Assembly (NCBI RefSeq): GCF_009834535.1
Contig: NC_045700.1
Location: 87,296,001 to 87,360,000 of the forward strand
From: Camelus ferus
Taxonomy: Eukaryota
Length of the DNA: 64,000 nt
Reading direction: 5' to 3'
Part shown: positions 62,020-64,000 of the stretch, piece after piece
How the letters are laid out: each line of letters opens with the position of its first letter
Position numbering within the stretch: position 1 is the stretch's first letter
The notes under the pieces: model-generated
Seen by the model: the letters and a program-made list of their open reading frames with translations, nothing else
Told to the model about the DNA's origin: nothing
The model's database searches: none
Position numbers and translations under genes: made by a program

Positions 62020-62213
62020 GGGGTTTTAGGTGTTGGTTCAGATTGTGGTATCAGAATTGCCCAAGGGGGCTATCACAGATTCCTGAGATGCATCTCCAGG
62101 GTTTTTTGACTCAATGGCTGTAGGGTGGGGCCAGGAGTTTGCATTTCTGGCAAGTTTCTAGGTGATGCTGAGTGAGGCTGCTGGTCTGGAAATCCACACG
62201 TGGAGAACCAATG
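62020..62213. mobile_element. MER5A-like MITE
   Basis: gtatcagaattgcc...gggtggggccaggagtttgcatttctggcaagtttctaggtgatgctg...ggagaacca. Confidence 0.75.
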
Positions 62214-63164
62214 AATATAAATATACCAGATGAGAACACTAAATTTAGTAGATATTTAGTATACTTAAATTTGTGATTGAAATGAACACAAAAGCTTCAA
62301 AACTTAGAAAAACAAGGTTAAAATAATTAAGTCAGATATGACTTAATGACCCCAAGCATCTAGGAGGGAAAGAGGGAAAATTTAGTCTTCCAAAAAAAAT
62401 ACCAAATAGCCAACTCTTGGGGACAATATAGACTTTCCTTTTCAATGAATTACTTTCCATTCATATAAATTGTGCTGCGTGTAAATGTGGTGAGGGTCAG
62501 TGGTGAGTGTGTGAACATTACTGTGGACTTCACTTTCTTGAATAACAGCATTGCTTACTACCGCCCTAGGCTTAGAAAATCTATTAAATTAAAGATATTT
62601 TTGTTTGTCTATTTTTATTGGATTGCACAAACAGGGTCCCCACTTTGAGACTATCTGAGGCAATTTCTTTTTACTTTTCCCACCAACCAGCATGTCTCCT
62701 AGCCTTTCCCTGCCTCTGCTGTCAATGAATTTTTTTTTTCCTGGGGGAAACAAGCTAATTTTTAGTTAATATTAACACATACCCCAAAGAAGATAAATAT
62801 ATAGCCATAGAATGTGGGCCAAAAAAATTTTAAATACAGTATTTGAAATGATTTCTCTCTTCATTCCTCTCTGCTGGCAGAAAGGAATTAAAAAATTGAC
62901 CTATGTTAGAGCTGGCGTGCGCATAGGTGTGAAAGCTGTGGTTGTAAGTCTGTCAAAGTGACTAGTTAAATGGGTAAGAGCTCTCAAGTTCACAGCTAAA
63001 TTTTTGGTTTTGTTTTTTAATTAGAAAAAACATTTTGATATGAGCATCAGTGAATTAGTTTGTTCTTTAAAACATCATAGGTTCTGATGATCTTTTCTCA
63101 GTCTTGAACATTATTTCAGGAAAAGAAAACCTTAGAATTACCTATAGAAAATATCACCATTTAT

Positions 63165-63323
63165 CTTTTGTACAGCACAGGGAACTATGTTCAATATCTT
63201 GTAATAACCTTTAGTGGAAAAAAACATGAGGAAAATATATGCATGTATATGCATGACTGGGACATTGTGCTGTACACCAGAGATTGACATATTGTAATTT
63301 AATTACACTTTAATTTTAAAAAA
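63165..63323 (+). mobile_element. L1 3' tip of a distinct (probably younger, camelid) subfamily
   Basis: gtacagcacagggaactatgttcaatatcttg...atatgcatgactgggacattgtgctgtacaccagagattgaca. Its 3' UTR differs from the other L1 ends in the window. Confidence 0.8.
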
Positions 63324-63555
63324 AGCCACTCAATATACACAAATATATATAAGTTCATTTTGTTGAATCCAAGAAATTTGCAAACATTCGAGCACTTCCT
63401 ACCCACGACAATGGCAATTTCAGTTTAACTACATATTGTTCTGAAAAAGGGGATAGCTGACTTGGTCTTTTCCATAAATGAATTAGTTGAAATTCTTAAA
63501 TACAATAAAAGTGATGCACACTCATCTGACAGTTCTCCTATATACATCTCACTTT

Positions 63556-63687
63556 GTTTTTTCTACTTTTTTGTGGGGGAGGTAATTAGGTTTATTTATT
63601 TATTTTTAATGGAGGTACTGGGGATTGAACCCAGGACCTTGTGCCTGCTAAGTGTGCACTCTACCGCTTGAGCTGTACCCTCCCCTC
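63556..63687 (-). mobile_element. Camelid tRNA-derived SINE with an 11-bp TSD
   Basis: ggaggtaattaggtttatttattt...ggaggtactggggattgaacccaggaccttg...gagctgtaccctcccc. TSD catctcacttt at 63545-63555 and 63688-63698. Confidence 0.92.
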
Positions 63688-63859
63688 CATCTCACTTTTC
63701 TACTCTATTTCTATTGCTAAATGTCTTACAGCATCACAGGGCTCCTGATAAATAGTGTTCGATGCTCAAAGAACAGAAAAACACGTTTGTTTTTGTTCTG
63801 TCAGTCGGGATTCATTAAGCTGTTTTTAAACAAAACCCTTTCACTTTCTCTCTTTCTAG

Positions 63860-63916
63860 GGCTGTGTCTGTAAAGACAAAGGCCAGTGTTTCTGTGATGC
63901 GGCCAAAGGGGAGAAG
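63860..63916 (+). CDS. COL4A3: Collagen alpha-3(IV) chain, exon 2 (GCVCKDKGQCFCDAAKGEK; start of the Cys-rich 7S region)
   Basis: Pyrimidine tract plus TAG acceptor (AG 63858-63859) and donor AAG|GTAAAA (GT 63917-63918). 57 bp, phase 0/0, in frame with exon 1. Matches human GCVCKDKGQCFCDGAKGEK at 18 of 19 residues. Confidence 0.97.
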
Positions 63917-64000
63917 GTAAAAACAAAACCTTAATTCTGCTTCTTTTCTCCGCAGAGCTCACCAAGGAATTCACATCCTTCTTTCACTCGCAGCAGAAAG

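Larger units (their letters stand above)
3340..63859 (+). other. COL4A3: COL4A3 intron 1 (60,520 bp, GT-AG)
   Basis: Bounded by the exon 1 donor and exon 2 acceptor. No other collagen-like Gly-X-Y coding sequence was seen in between. Confidence 0.93.

Noticed and set aside
1-64000. CRISPR arrays, rRNA, snoRNA/miRNA genes, processed pseudogenes or prokaryote-like operons
   Set aside because: None seen. The sequence is a mammalian intron-dominated locus with no regularly spaced repeat-spacer array and no recognisable retrocopy.

Overview
Mammalian genomic DNA, most likely camelid (Camelus/Vicugna/Lama), judged from four copies of a short tRNA-derived SINE and the style of the L1 3' ends. The window holds the head-to-head COL4A4/COL4A3 locus. 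It contains a CpG-island bidirectional promoter (~2.4-3.5 kb), the non-coding first exon of COL4A4 on the minus strand, COL4A3 coding exon 1 (3253-3339, signal peptide), a 60,520-bp intron 1 and COL4A3 exon 2 (63860-63916). Only 144 bp are recognisably protein coding. The rest is intronic DNA rich in transposon fossils (L1, L2, MIR, MER5/MER33/MER58, Tigger, MaLR and ERV LTRs), with four N gaps. I found no convincing new gene or biological system. The best leads are hypotheses about splicing and regulation: extra 5' splice sites upstream of the COL4A3 ATG, a candidate poison exon, a candidate recursive-splicing site, a triple TonE/NFAT5-like repeat, a MAF/NRF2 motif pair, CTCF-like motifs, and Ala at the position of human Gly43. 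Repeat family names come from recalled consensus sequences, and boundaries without a target-site duplication (TSD) are approximate.
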